Shown one piece after another: positions 46,354 through 57,908 of a stretch of 64,000 nt of DNA. Under the pieces are notes generated by a model. The model was not told the DNA's origin. It worked only from the letters and a program-made list of their open reading frames with translations, and did no database searches. The translations under genes were made by a program, and so were the position numbers. Source of the stretch: Gammaproteobacteria bacterium (GTDB taxonomy: Bacteria; Pseudomonadota; Gammaproteobacteria; GCA-001735895); contig JAHEKJ010000001.1 in assembly GCA_024638385.1 (NCBI GenBank), forward strand, positions 23,838 through 87,837. Reading direction: 5' to 3'. How positions within the stretch are numbered: the first letter of the stretch is position 1; every line of letters begins with the position of its first letter.

Positions 46354-46806
46354 TCAGTCCTCGGCGTCGGCGATGATGCGCGCGACTTCCTCGCGGCTAC
46401 CCGCTTCGCGCACGGCCGCGCACAGTTCGGCATCGGAAAACAGGCGCGCCAGCGACGACAGGATCATCAGGTGCTCCTCGGTCGCTTCCTCGGGAATGAT
46501 GATCGTGAAAACGAGATCGACCGGTTGATCGTCGGGGGCCTCGAAGTTGACCGGCTCGCGCAGGCGAAAAAAGCACGCCAGCGTCTGCTCGAGATCGGCC
46601 ATGCGCGCGTGCGGCACGGCGAAGCCCTGGCCGAGGCCGGTGCTGCCGAGGCGCTCGCGGTTGAGCAGGTTGCCGTAGATCGTGGATTCCGGCAGTTGCG
46701 TCTGGTCGGCGGCGATGTTGGCGATCAGTTCGAGCAGCTTTTTCTTGCTGCTGGCCTCGGTATCGAGAAATATTCGCTGCGGGGACAGGAGTGCCGAAAT
46801 GGTCAT
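46354..46806 (-). CDS. ptsN: PTS EIIA(Ntr)
   Basis: SKKK.LE, RERLGSTGLG.G.A.PH, F.APD.QPVDL; in rpoN cluster. Confidence 0.9.
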   Translation of the reverse strand: MTISALLSPQRIFLDTEASSKKKLLELIANIAADQTQLPESTIYGNLLNRERLGSTGLGQGFAVPHARMADLEQTLACFFRLREPVNFEAPDDQPVDLVFTIIIPEEATEEHLMILSSLARLFSDAELCAAVREAGSREEVARIIADAED

Positions 46807-46899
46807 TGCGCGGGGTTGCAGGGGGCGGTTTGGCTTGGTGTTGCGCGCATCTTATGCCAATTCCCGGAGTATTCAAGTGCAATGGGTCGCGAAGCGGCG

Positions 46900-46927
46900 A
46901 AAAAAAGGGGGGAGCAAGCTCCCCCCG
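46900..46927 (-). terminator. Intrinsic terminator after hpf
   Basis: A-tract then ggggggagc-aa-gctcccccc hairpin (T-tract on minus strand). Confidence 0.75.
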
Positions 46928-46934
46928 GATTCGG

Positions 46935-47255
46935 TTAATGGGCCAGCTCGGCGGCGGACCCCTTGAGGCGGTGACTCTTGAGTTTTTCCTTGTACTTCTT
47001 GCCCTGGCGGTCGAGCTTGTCGACGAGACCGTCGATCGCGGCGTACATGTCTTCCTGGACGTCGTCGGCGTAGAAATTGCTGCCGCTGACGTGGAGCGTG
47101 GCCTCGGCCTTGTGCCGGAGTTTCTCCACGGTCAGAACGATGTGAATGTCCAGCGCCTTGTCGAAATGCCGGTCCAGGCGCGCGACTTTCTCGTTGACGT
47201 AGTTGCGTATGGACTGGGTGATATCGACGTGATGACCGCTCAAACTGACTTGCAT
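46935..47255 (-). CDS. hpf: Ribosome hibernation promoting factor (short HPF)
   Basis: SGHHVDIT, L.RHFD, VEK..HKAEATLH, DMYAAID.L.DKL.RQ. Confidence 0.93.
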   Translation of the reverse strand: MQVSLSGHHVDITQSIRNYVNEKVARLDRHFDKALDIHIVLTVEKLRHKAEATLHVSGSNFYADDVQEDMYAAIDGLVDKLDRQGKKYKEKLKSHRLKGSAAELAH

Positions 47256-47305
47256 CGGTAACCTCCTCGGCTATGTGATCCGCATCGCTGCGAATCGTTT
47301 GTGTC

Positions 47306-48796
47306 TCAGAAGAGACGTTTACGCTCATTGGACGGGGGTATGTTCAGCGCTTCCCGGTACTTGGCGACGGTTCTGCGGGCGACGTTGATCCCCTGTTCTC
47401 CCAATAAGATTGCTATCTTGTTATCGCTCAGCGGCTTTTCGGGCTTTTCCGCGGCCACGAACTTCTTGATGATCGCACGGATCGCGGTGGCGGAGCATTC
47501 GCCGCCATCGGCGGTGCTGACGTGGCTGGAAAAGAAGTATTTAAACTCGAGTATACCACGCGGCGTATGCATGTATTTTAGTGTGGTCACGCGCGAGATC
47601 GTCGATTCGTGCATTTCCAGATGCTCGGCGATGTCGCGCAGCACCATCGGCTGCATCGCCTCCTCGCCGTACTCGAAAAACGCATGCTGACGATCGACGA
47701 TCGCGCGCGCGACGCGCAGCAGCGTGTCGTTGCGGCTCTGCAGGCTCTTGATGAACCAGCGCGCTTCCTGCAAATGATCCTTCAGATAGGTGTTGTCCTG
47801 GCTGCTGTCGCTGCGCTTGATCAGGCTCGCATACTGGTCGTTGACGCGCAGGCGTGGCGCGTTGTCCGGGTTGATGTTGACCACCCAGCGCCCGGCCTGC
47901 TTGCTGACGAACACGTCGGGGACGATGTACTCGGCATGGTTCTGGCTGATGCTGTGCCCGGGATGCGGGTTGGTGGTCTGGATCAGCTTGATGATTTCGG
48001 CCAGCTCCGCGTCGCTCGCCTGCAGGCGGCGTTTCAGTAACGCGACGTCGTTGCCGGCGAGGTGCTCCAGGTACTTGTCGACCAGTACCCGCGCCTTCGC
48101 CAGGTGCGGCGTGTCGGGGCTGTACTGGCCCAGCTGGATCAGCATGCATTCGGCCGGGCTCGACGCGGCGACACCGACCGGGTCGAAGCGCTGCACCAGG
48201 TGCAGCACGGCCTCGATCTCGTCGAGCTCGAGCGCGTCGAACTGCTGCAGGAGGCCTTCGAAGATGTCGTCGATAGGTTGCGTCAGGTAGCCGCTGTCGT
48301 CGATCGAATCGATGATCGCGAGGCCGATCGCGTAATCCATTTCGGACAGGTGCGCGCAGTCGAGTTGCCAGATCAGGTGGCTCTTGAGCGTATCTTCGGC
48401 GCCCGCCTGGTTTTCGAACGGATCGCGATCGTCGCGGATCGACGCCGACGCGCTCGAGGTCGCGCCCTGGTAGTCGTAGATGTGATCCCAGCGCGCGTCG
48501 ATCTCGAGTTCGTCCGGCAGTTGTTGTTCGGCGCGATTTTCGTTGACCGTGTTGGCCGGCAGCTTGAGGTCGGTCTGGTCTTCGCCGCCCCCGCCGGACT
48601 CGCTTTTCTCGTCGGCGTCGAACAGCGTGATTTCGCCGAAGCTGTCCTCTTGCTCGAGCAGCGGGTTGGCTTCCAGGGTGGCCTGGATTTCGGTTTGCAG
48701 TTCGAGCGAGGACAGTTGCAGTAACTTGATCGCCTGCTGTAACTGGGGCGTCATTGTCAGGCTTTGCCCAATGCGCAGTTGCAGGCTTTGTTTCAT
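47306..48796 (-). CDS. rpoN: RNA polymerase sigma-54
   Basis: MTPQLQQAIKLLQL, MHESTISRVT, RpoN box ARRTVAKYRE. Confidence 0.98.
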   Translation of the reverse strand: MKQSLQLRIGQSLTMTPQLQQAIKLLQLSSLELQTEIQATLEANPLLEQEDSFGEITLFDADEKSESGGGGEDQTDLKLPANTVNENRAEQQLPDELEIDARWDHIYDYQGATSSASASIRDDRDPFENQAGAEDTLKSHLIWQLDCAHLSEMDYAIGLAIIDSIDDSGYLTQPIDDIFEGLLQQFDALELDEIEAVLHLVQRFDPVGVAASSPAECMLIQLGQYSPDTPHLAKARVLVDKYLEHLAGNDVALLKRRLQASDAELAEIIKLIQTTNPHPGHSISQNHAEYIVPDVFVSKQAGRWVVNINPDNAPRLRVNDQYASLIKRSDSSQDNTYLKDHLQEARWFIKSLQSRNDTLLRVARAIVDRQHAFFEYGEEAMQPMVLRDIAEHLEMHESTISRVTTLKYMHTPRGILEFKYFFSSHVSTADGGECSATAIRAIIKKFVAAEKPEKPLSDNKIAILLGEQGINVARRTVAKYREALNIPPSNERKRLF

Positions 48797-48872
48797 AGGC
48801 GGTGTCGTTCCTTATTAGTCGTTCCTTATTATGAGATTCTACCGGGGTGAATTCGATCTCATATGGAATCTT

Positions 48873-49607
48873 TTATAGCTTAAAATCGTCGCCCAAGTAA
48901 ATCTTTCTCACGATTTCGTCCTCGAGGATGCGGACGGGATCGCCGGCCGCCAGTACCCGGCCTTCGCCCATAACGTAAGCCCGATCGCAGATGCGCAGCG
49001 TCTCGCGGACATTGTGGTCGGTGATCAGCACGCCGATGCCGCGTGCGGCGAGCTGGCGGATGATCGACTGGATGTCGATGACCGAAATCGGGTCGACGCC
49101 GGCAAAGGGTTCGTCGAGTAATATGAAATCGGGGTCGTTGGCCAGCGCGCGCGCGATCTCGACGCGGCGGCGTTCGCCGCCCGAAAGTGAAATGCCCTCG
49201 GTTTCGCGCAGGTGTTCGACCTGGAAGTCCTCGAGCAGGTGCTCGAGTTCGTCGAAGCGCGCGGCGGCATCGAGATCGCCCCGCAACTGCAGGATTGCGA
49301 GGATGTTCTGCTCAACCGTCAGATTGCGAAACACCGAGGCTTCCTGCGGCAGGTAGCCGATACCGAGGCGGGCACGGGCATGCATCGGCAAGTGACCGAT
49401 CGGTTCCCGGTTGAGCCGAATATCGCCGGCGTCGTTGTCGATCAGGCCGACGATCATGTAGAAACAGGTCGTCTTGCCGGCGCCGTTCGGGCCCAGCAGG
49501 CCGACGATTTCACCGCTGTCGACCGAAAGCGAGACCGACTTGACGATTTCGCGGTTGCGGTAGGACTTGGCCAGGTCGGTGGCCGCGAGCGTGTTGGTCG
49601 CGGACAC
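48873..49607 (-). CDS. lptB: LPS export ATP-binding protein
   Basis: [52 protein letters not shown]. Confidence 0.97.
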   Translation of the reverse strand: MSATNTLAATDLAKSYRNREIVKSVSLSVDSGEIVGLLGPNGAGKTTCFYMIVGLIDNDAGDIRLNREPIGHLPMHARARLGIGYLPQEASVFRNLTVEQNILAILQLRGDLDAAARFDELEHLLEDFQVEHLRETEGISLSGGERRRVEIARALANDPDFILLDEPFAGVDPISVIDIQSIIRQLAARGIGVLITDHNVRETLRICDRAYVMGEGRVLAAGDPVRILEDEIVRKIYLGDDFKL

Positions 49608-49610
49608 GGA

Positions 49611-50096
49611 CTAGTTGCTGCCCGGTTGAATCAGCATCTTGACCCGTTTATCCGGGTCCGAACTGCCGGCCTGAATGCTGTTGTTGTCGGTGTTGATGCG
49701 GATTCGCTCGCTCTCGATCGTGTCGCCGGCGTGGTCGAAGCGGGCTTCGCCGATGAGCTCGAGCAGCGATTCGGATTCGGTGTAGTTGATCCGCTGCGCC
49801 TGGCCCAGCATCTCGCGCTGCTGATCGTCGAGCTGGCGCAACCGCGCCGGACTGCCGGTCATTTCCATCAGCGTCAGCTCGCGGCGCTCGTTGAAATGGA
49901 TGACCAGCCGGTCGGAGCGGATCCGGAGGCTGCCCTGGACGAGGCTCACGTTGCCCTCGTAGATGCTGAGATTTTCGTCGTCGCGCACCTCGAGGCGGTC
50001 GGCCTCGACCTCGATCGGCTGGTCGCGGTCGCCAGAAAGCCCCAGCGCGGAGGCCGGCAGCAACAGGCACAGCAGCAAGCTAGCCCTGATCGTCAT
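49611..50096 (-). CDS. lptA: LPS transport periplasmic protein
   Basis: Signal peptide, D..QPIEVEAD, Y.GNV...QG, G.PA; between lptC and lptB. Confidence 0.9.
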   Translation of the reverse strand: MTIRASLLLCLLLPASALGLSGDRDQPIEVEADRLEVRDDENLSIYEGNVSLVQGSLRIRSDRLVIHFNERRELTLMEMTGSPARLRQLDDQQREMLGQAQRINYTESESLLELIGEARFDHAGDTIESERIRINTDNNSIQAGSSDPDKRVKMLIQPGSN

Positions 50097-50640
50097 CGCG
50101 ATAAACGGCCCGGGTTTTGTCGAGGCGGTAGACGCCGGCCTCGAGATCGAACTCGGCGCTGTCGGCGCGGATCTCGGCGTCGTCGCTGACGAGGACCACG
50201 CTGCCGACGACGCTCAGCCGATCGAGGTCGGGTTCGAAGCGGGCGCTGTCGCTCTCGAGCCGCAGCGGGCGCGCCCCGAGCCTGCGCATCACGACCTGCT
50301 GCTCGAGGTCGAGCCGGTTGTCGCGGTGCCGGAATTCGCCGCGGTTCGCGTCGACCTGCCAGCGATCGCCATCGCGATAGATTTCCAGCGCCGGTTGCTC
50401 GATGTCGCTGGTGTCGGTCAGGCGCCGGTGTTCGAGCCTGCGGCTGCGGAATTCGTAGTCGAGCTTGCCGCGCTCGTTCATCGCGCGAAGGTGCAATCCG
50501 GTCAGAAAGTAGTCGATATCGTCGGGGACGACGAGTTCGGCGCGTTCGATGCGCTCGCGCAGCCGCGACTCGTAGAACCAGCCGATCAGCACCGCGGCGA
50601 GGCCGAGCAGGACGATGAAGATCAGAGCCCGCGATTTCAT
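50080..50640 (-). CDS. lptC: LPS export protein LptC
   Basis: N-terminal TM (MKSRALIFIVLL), DYF, G.L.Y...S..L.H, W.V.A..G; synteny. Confidence 0.82.
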   Translation of the reverse strand: MKSRALIFIVLLGLAAVLIGWFYESRLRERIERAELVVPDDIDYFLTGLHLRAMNERGKLDYEFRSRRLEHRRLTDTSDIEQPALEIYRDGDRWQVDANRGEFRHRDNRLDLEQQVVMRRLGARPLRLESDSARFEPDLDRLSVVGSVVLVSDDAEIRADSAEFDLEAGVYRLDKTRAVYRDDDQG

Positions 50641-51164
50641 TCGAGATAACCGTTTTGCCGCGCTTCGAGCAGTCCCTGCGCCTGCAGCAGGAAGTCGCTG
50701 ACCTCGCGCACCGCGCCGTGCCCGCCGAGCGCGGTCGTGACCCAGTCGCAGTGTTGCTTGACGAAGCTGTGCGCGTTTTGCACCGCGATCGCGAAGCCGA
50801 CGCGACGCATGACCGGCAGGTCGGGCAGGTCGTCGCCGACATAGGCGACCTGCTCGGGTGCGAGGCCGGTGTCGGCGAGCAGGCGCTCGAAAGCCGGCAG
50901 CTTGTCGCGCGAGCCCTGGTAAATATGACGCACGCCGAGGTCGCGCATCCGGTGTTCGACGATGCCGGATTCGCGGCCGGTAATGACGGCCACCTCCAGG
51001 CCGCAATCGAGCAGCAGACGCACGCCGTGGCCATCGAGCGAGTTGAAGGTCTTGTACTCCTCGCCGCGATTGTCGAAGGTCAGGCCACCGTCGGTCAGCA
51101 CGCCGTCGACGTCGAGAATCACGAGGCGCACCTGGCGCGCCTTGGCGCTGATCGCTGTCGTCAT
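50637..51164 (-). CDS. kdsC: KDO 8-phosphate phosphatase
   Basis: LDVDGVLTDG, F...DGHG, ITGR, YVGDDLPD, GG.GAVRE. Confidence 0.95.
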   Translation of the reverse strand: MTTAISAKARQVRLVILDVDGVLTDGGLTFDNRGEEYKTFNSLDGHGVRLLLDCGLEVAVITGRESGIVEHRMRDLGVRHIYQGSRDKLPAFERLLADTGLAPEQVAYVGDDLPDLPVMRRVGFAIAVQNAHSFVKQHCDWVTTALGGHGAVREVSDFLLQAQGLLEARQNGYLE

Positions 51165-51173
51165 ACCGGGCTC

Positions 51174-52148
51174 CTAAACCACACCCGCGCGTAATAAATC
51201 ATGCATGTTTAACGCACCCTGAACGCGCCGTTCGGAATCGACCACCATCAGCGCATTGATCTTGCGGTCGTGCATCAACTTGAGCGCTTCGCTGGCGATG
51301 CGCTCGGCCTCGATCGTCACGCAGTTCGCGGTCATGAAGTCGGACACCGGCGCGGTTTTAATATCCGGCATTTTCTCGAAGGTCCGGCGCAGGTCGCCGT
51401 CGGTATAGATGCCGATCAGGCGGCCGCTGTCGCGGTCGACGACCCCGGCCATGCCGAGACCCTTGGCGGTCATTTCGGTCAGCGTATCGTTTAGCGTGGT
51501 GTCGCCGCTGACCAGCGGAATCCGGTCGCCGGTATGCATGATGTCGCTGACGCGCAGCAACAGGCGCCGGCCGAGATGGCCGCCGGGATGCGACAGCGCG
51601 AAATCTTCCTCGGTGAAGCCGCGCGCCTCGAGGACCGCGATCGCGAGCGCGTCGCCCATCGCCAGGCTCGCGGTGGTGCTCGAGGTCGGCGCGAGACCGA
51701 GCGGGCAGGCTTCGCGCGCGACGCTGACGTCGAGGTGGATGTCGGCGCTGCGCGCCAGCGTCGACGCCGGCTTGCCGGTCAGCGCGATCAGCGGGATGCC
51801 GAGCCGTTTCAACAGCGGCAGCAACAGCGTGATTTCGCTGGTCTCGCCGGAATTGGACAGTGCGATGACGGTGTCGTCGGCGGTGATCATGCCGAGGTCG
51901 CCGTGGCTGGCTTCGCCGGGGTGCATGAAGAACGCGGGGGTGCCGGTGCTCGCGAGCGTCGCCGCGATCTTGTTGCCGATGTGGCCGGATTTGCCCATGC
52001 CGGTCACGACGATGCGACCGCGGCATTCGAGGATCAGTTCGCAGGCGTCGTGGAAGCGCTGGTCGAGTCGACCCGACAGGGCCGAGACGGCTTCGGCTTC
52101 GGTCTGCAATACGGCGAGGCCCAGCTCGATAAAAGCGTGTTTGCTCAT
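51174..52148 (-). CDS. kdsD: Arabinose 5-phosphate isomerase
   Basis: GMGKSGHIG.KIAAT.ASTGTP, HPGEASHGDLG, EACP.GLAPTSST, CBS pair; start MSKHAF. Confidence 0.96.
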   Translation of the reverse strand: MSKHAFIELGLAVLQTEAEAVSALSGRLDQRFHDACELILECRGRIVVTGMGKSGHIGNKIAATLASTGTPAFFMHPGEASHGDLGMITADDTVIALSNSGETSEITLLLPLLKRLGIPLIALTGKPASTLARSADIHLDVSVAREACPLGLAPTSSTTASLAMGDALAIAVLEARGFTEEDFALSHPGGHLGRRLLLRVSDIMHTGDRIPLVSGDTTLNDTLTEMTAKGLGMAGVVDRDSGRLIGIYTDGDLRRTFEKMPDIKTAPVSDFMTANCVTIEAERIASEALKLMHDRKINALMVVDSERRVQGALNMHDLLRAGVV

Positions 52149-52150
52149 GG

Positions 52151-53143
52151 TTATCCCGCGGCGACCGAATAATACAAAGATAGCTGGTAAATGACAAAAG
52201 CGGAAAACAGCACGATGCCCTTGCCGCGGCCGAGGAATCGCGGCAGCGCGCCCGGGAACCGCGCCATCAGCACCAGCAACAGCGTCAACCCGACGACCAC
52301 CGGCAGGTCGCGCGACAGCGCCGACGGGTCGATCGTGAAACGTGTCATCGACGCCGGCAGGCCGATGACCGCGAGCGAGTTGAACAGGTTCGAACCGATG
52401 ACGTTGCCGATGGCGACGTCGGGTACCGACTTCCTGAGGCTCGTGATCGACGCGGCGAGTTCGGGCAGGCTGGTGCCGAGCGCGACGATGGTCAGGCCGA
52501 TGATCAATTCGCTGACGCCGTACGCGTAGGCGATGTTGGACGCACCCCAGACCAGCAGCTTGGAACTGCCGACCAGCACGATCAGGCCGATCAACAACCA
52601 GCCGATTGCCACCGGCATCGTCATTTTGGCGACGTCCTCGTCGTCGTCGATCAGCGCGAGGGTATCCTGGTCGTACTTCGCGTAATCGCGGGCATAGCGG
52701 CGGTGTTGCTGCACGAGGTAGTACAGCATCGTTGCGAGCAGCGCGAGCATGGCGATTCCGTCGACCGGGCCGAGGCGCAGATCGTAGAGACAGATGCACA
52801 TGACCGCGGTGGCGAGCAGCAGCAGCGGAAACTCGGTCTTGAGCAGGCGACCCTCGATCGGGATCGGCACCAGAATCGCGGTGACGCCGAGGATCAGCGC
52901 GATGTTGGCGATGTTGGAGCCGAGCGCGTTGCCGATCGCGATGTCGGGCGTATCCTCGAGCACGGCGATAACCGACACGCCGATCTCGGGCGCCGAGGTG
53001 CCGAAGCCGACGACGATAATGCCGATGATCAGCGTCGACACGCCGAGCAGTCGAGCGACCGCGGCGGCGGCGTCGACGAAGCGGTCGGCGCTCCAGATCA
53101 GCAAGCACAGACCGGCGACGACGGCGGCGACGAACAGCGGCAT
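52151..53143 (-). CDS. Calcium/sodium antiporter (YrbG family)
   Basis: Two alpha repeats GTSAPE...GN..GSNIAN and GTSLPE...GNVIGSNLFN. Confidence 0.93.
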   Translation of the reverse strand: MPLFVAAVVAGLCLLIWSADRFVDAAAAVARLLGVSTLIIGIIVVGFGTSAPEIGVSVIAVLEDTPDIAIGNALGSNIANIALILGVTAILVPIPIEGRLLKTEFPLLLLATAVMCICLYDLRLGPVDGIAMLALLATMLYYLVQQHRRYARDYAKYDQDTLALIDDDEDVAKMTMPVAIGWLLIGLIVLVGSSKLLVWGASNIAYAYGVSELIIGLTIVALGTSLPELAASITSLRKSVPDVAIGNVIGSNLFNSLAVIGLPASMTRFTIDPSALSRDLPVVVGLTLLLVLMARFPGALPRFLGRGKGIVLFSAFVIYQLSLYYSVAAG

Positions 53144-53162
53144 TGGCGTTATCGGCCGAGGT

Positions 53163-53690
53163 CTAGAAGTTGTCGGTCGACGTGAACAGGCCGACGCGCA
53201 GATCGCGGGCACTGTAGATTTCGCGGCCGTCGACCAGCATCGATGCGTCGCCGATACCCATCACGAGCTTGCGCATGATCACGCGTTTCATATCGATATG
53301 GTAGGTCACGAGCTTCGCGTCGGGCAGCACCTGGCCGAAATACTTGACCTCGCCGGCGCCGAGCGCGCGGCCGTGACCCGGGCCACCCTTCCAGCCGAGA
53401 AAAAATCCGATCAATTGCCACATCGCGTCGAGGCCGAGACAGCCGGGCATGACCGGGTCGGTCTCGAAATGGCATTTGAAGAACCAAAGATCGGGATTGA
53501 CGTCGAGTTCGGCGACGATCTGGCCCTTTTCGTAGCGGCCGCCGTGCTCGTCGATTTCGATGATGCGATCGAACATCAGCATCGGCGGCAGCGGCAGCAG
53601 CGCGTTGCCCGGGCCGAACAATTCGCCCTTGCCGCACTGGATGAGTTCCTCGTAGCTGAAACTGTGCTGGTCGGTCAGCGATCTCGACAT
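53163..53690 (-). CDS. fabA: 3-hydroxyacyl-ACP dehydratase/isomerase
   Basis: [44 protein letters not shown]. Confidence 0.97.
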   Translation of the reverse strand: MSRSLTDQHSFSYEELIQCGKGELFGPGNALLPLPPMLMFDRIIEIDEHGGRYEKGQIVAELDVNPDLWFFKCHFETDPVMPGCLGLDAMWQLIGFFLGWKGGPGHGRALGAGEVKYFGQVLPDAKLVTYHIDMKRVIMRKLVMGIGDASMLVDGREIYSARDLRVGLFTSTDNF

Positions 53691-53886
53691 AAGCTGGATA
53701 ATCGGATGGACTCGCAGCGAACACTAACGATTCTGCCCTGAATTTGCCAGTAAAAATAATGGAATAGCCGCACAAGCCGGCGACGGCGTTCCCTTGGCCG
53801 CACAGACCCGCTAGACTGCGCGGATTCCGCGCTGGCCGCAGGCCGAGTCAGCGTCCGTTCAGCATCTCGAGGGATTATTCGTCGCC

Positions 53887-55254
53887 ATGAACATTCCATA
53901 CTTGAGGCTAGTCGCGCTCGCCGCGCTGCTTTGCGGTGGCGCCGCGGTCAGGGCGCAGGAGCCATTGTCGATCGAGCGGGCGATCGAGCTGGCGCTCGCG
54001 CAGGATCCGCGCATCGACGAGAAACGCGCCTTCGTTCGCCAGGCCGAGGGCCTGCTGCAGGAGGCCGAGGGCGCCGAGGGATTGCGCTACTCGGTAGACA
54101 GCTTTCTGGCGCTGGCCAACGGCGTCGACGGCGGTTTTTTCGAAGACGGCGCCAACGCCTGCAGCGGCAACTGCGAACCGCGCGACGATCTTTACGACTT
54201 TGACGACGGCCTGTCGTTGTGGGGCGGACTGACGTTCAGCATCGTCAAGCCGCTGGCGACTTTCGGCCGCCTCGAGAACTACCAGGAGGCGGCGCAGAAT
54301 AACATCCGCGTCAAGCAGCAGGACGTGACCCTGCAGCGCGACGAGGTCGGGTTGCAGGTGGTCAAGGCATACTACGGATATCTCGCGGCACGCGACAGCC
54401 GCCTGCTGCTCGAGGATACGCGCGGCAGGCTCGAGGCCTCGCTCGACCTGGTTGAAACCTGGCTCGAAGAGGGCTCCGGCAACGTAACCCAGTCGGACAA
54501 GTTCGCGCTGCAATCCGGCCTCGGCCTGATCGGCAACTTTCACGCCGAAGCCACCGCGCTCGAGCGCATCGCGATGGCCGGGCTCAACCTGCTGACCGGT
54601 CGCGACGGCTTCATCGACCTGGCCGAGCGCCGCCTGCGGCCGCTGCCGCTGCCCGAGGAATCGCTCGACGAATGGATCGAGCTCGCGCTCGCCAATCGCG
54701 CCGAGTTCAAACAGGTCGAGGCGGGACTCGCCGCGCGGCGCGCGCTGGTCGAGGCCAGGCGCGCCGACGAAAAACCGATCGTCTTCGCCGGCGTCGCCGG
54801 CTCGCTCGCCTATGCGCCGGAGCGCGAGCGGCTCGACAACCCGCACGTCTACGACCCGTTCAATCACGTCGCGATGTCGCCGCTGCTCGGGTTGCGCTGG
54901 CAATGGGAGCAGGGCGCGCACCCGGCGCGCGTGGCGCAGGCCCAGGCCGAGCTCGACGCGCTGGTGGAAAAGGCGTCCTTCGCCCGCATGGGCATTCCGT
55001 TCCAGGTACGCGAACAGTACTTTCGGTTGCAGGGGAAGCACGAGGCCATCCGCTCGATGCGCGAAAGTTCGCTAGCCGCGCGGCGCTGGATGATCGCGTC
55101 CTACTCCGATTTCGAAGCCGGCCTCGAAGAGGCCGACGACGTCATCAACGCGCTGCAGGTCTACGTGCTGGCCTACGCCGAATACCTGCGCGCGGTCAAC
55201 GATTTCAACAACCACGTGTATCAACTCAGAAGCGTAAGCGGGGTGTTTCAGTGA
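53887..55254 (+). CDS. TolC-family outer membrane protein
   Basis: Signal peptide, LSIERAIELAL, two OEP-like helical repeats (V.KAYYGYL; VREQYF). Confidence 0.8.
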   Translation: MNIPYLRLVALAALLCGGAAVRAQEPLSIERAIELALAQDPRIDEKRAFVRQAEGLLQEAEGAEGLRYSVDSFLALANGVDGGFFEDGANACSGNCEPRDDLYDFDDGLSLWGGLTFSIVKPLATFGRLENYQEAAQNNIRVKQQDVTLQRDEVGLQVVKAYYGYLAARDSRLLLEDTRGRLEASLDLVETWLEEGSGNVTQSDKFALQSGLGLIGNFHAEATALERIAMAGLNLLTGRDGFIDLAERRLRPLPLPEESLDEWIELALANRAEFKQVEAGLAARRALVEARRADEKPIVFAGVAGSLAYAPERERLDNPHVYDPFNHVAMSPLLGLRWQWEQGAHPARVAQAQAELDALVEKASFARMGIPFQVREQYFRLQGKHEAIRSMRESSLAARRWMIASYSDFEAGLEEADDVINALQVYVLAYAEYLRAVNDFNNHVYQLRSVSGVFQ

Positions 55255-55841
55255 GAATATTGAGCGTATGGATACTGGGTCTGTGGTTGCTGCCGGCGAT
55301 TGCCGCCACCGGACCCGAGCAGTTGATCCGCGAAACATCGGACCGGGTGCTGGCGGAAATCAAGACCAACGCCGAGGATTACCGCGGCGACCCGTCGCGG
55401 CTTTACCGCCTGGTCGACGAGGTCGTGTTGCCGCATTTCGATTTCGACGCGATGACCGATCTCGCCCTCGGTAGTTTCAAGGACCAGGTCAGCGCCGCGC
55501 AGAAGCCGGCTATCGTCAACGAGTTTCGCGCGCTGCTGGTGCGCACCTACAGCTCGGCCCTGCTCGAATACACCGATCAGAAGCTGACTTATTTGCCGAC
55601 CGAGGGCAGCGAGGCCGACGGCAAGGTCACGGTGCGCTCCGAAATCGAACAGGCCGGCGGCTTCCCGATCCCGATCCACTACACTCTGCGCCGCGGCGAC
55701 GATGGCTGGAAAGTCTTCGACATCAGCGTCGACAACGTCAGCCTGGTCACCAATTACCGCTCGAGTTTCGCTCGCGCGATCAAGAAGAACGGCGTCGACG
55801 GCCTGATCGAAACGCTGCGCGAGCGCAACCAGGACCAGTGA
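55251..55841 (+). CDS. MlaC/Ttg2D-like periplasmic lipid-binding protein
   Basis: GTG start overlapping TolC stop; LP.FDF..M...ALG, F..LLVRTYS.AL, WKVFDI.VD.VSLVTNYRSSF. Confidence 0.88.
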   Translation: MRILSVWILGLWLLPAIAATGPEQLIRETSDRVLAEIKTNAEDYRGDPSRLYRLVDEVVLPHFDFDAMTDLALGSFKDQVSAAQKPAIVNEFRALLVRTYSSALLEYTDQKLTYLPTEGSEADGKVTVRSEIEQAGGFPIPIHYTLRRGDDGWKVFDISVDNVSLVTNYRSSFARAIKKNGVDGLIETLRERNQDQ

Positions 55842-55962
55842 CCCGCTACTTCGACGTGCGTGCCCGGCCCCATTCGGCACGAGTCCGACGCCTTGCGGCG
55901 TCGGACGGTGAAATAGTTTACAGGCCGGGCAAAGCCCTACACTCCGGGCGGGCTTCTGCTAG

Positions 55963-57252
<1,290 letters not shown>

Positions 57253-57274
57253 AGCGCCGAGCGTTTCGCCAGCC

Positions 57275-57907
57275 ATGCCCGAACCGCTGACCATCGCGCT
57301 CGCCAAGGGCCGGATTCTCGACGAAACCCTGCCGCTGCTGGCGCGTGCGGGTATCGAGCCGGCGGACGACCTGGCCAGCAGCCGCAGGCTCGTCATCGCG
57401 ACCAACCGTGACGACGTCCGCCTGGTGCTGATCCGTTCGGCCGACGTGCCGACCTACGTGCAGTACGGCGCGGCCGACCTCGGCGTGGCCGGCAAGGACG
57501 TACTCGCCGAGCACGGCGGCAACGGGCTCTACGAGCGCGTCGATCTGAAGATCGCGCCGTGCCGCATGATGACCGCCGGCATCGACGGCCGGCCGTTGCC
57601 GCGGCATCGGTTACGAGTCGCGACCAAGTATCCGCGTATTACCGAGCGCTTCTTCCACCGGCAGGGCAGGCAGGTCGAACTGATCAAGCTTTACGGTTCG
57701 ATGGAACTCGCGCCGATGGTCGGGCTCGCCGATCTCATCGTCGACCTGGTCGACACCGGCAATACGCTCAAGGCCAACGGCCTCGCGCCGCTCGAGCACA
57801 TCATGGACGTCAGCACGCGCCTGATCATCAACCGCGCCGCGCAGAAGATGAAACACCGCGCGATCACCGCGCTGGTCGAGCGCGTCGAAGCGGCGGTGGC
57901 GGGCTGA
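57275..57907 (+). CDS. hisG: ATP phosphoribosyltransferase, short form
   Basis: [49 protein letters not shown]; 210 aa. Confidence 0.96.
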   Translation: MPEPLTIALAKGRILDETLPLLARAGIEPADDLASSRRLVIATNRDDVRLVLIRSADVPTYVQYGAADLGVAGKDVLAEHGGNGLYERVDLKIAPCRMMTAGIDGRPLPRHRLRVATKYPRITERFFHRQGRQVELIKLYGSMELAPMVGLADLIVDLVDTGNTLKANGLAPLEHIMDVSTRLIINRAAQKMKHRAITALVERVEAAVAG

Positions 57908-57908
57908 C

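Noticed and set aside
46843-46860. Possible sigma-54 promoter upstream of ptsN (TTGGCATAAGATGCGC on minus strand)
   Set aside because: GG-N10-GC spacing fits but the -12 element lacks the conserved TT; too weak to call
53714-53735. Possible FabR/DesT site upstream of fabA (AGCGAACAC)
   Set aside because: Only a half-site with no matching palindromic arm
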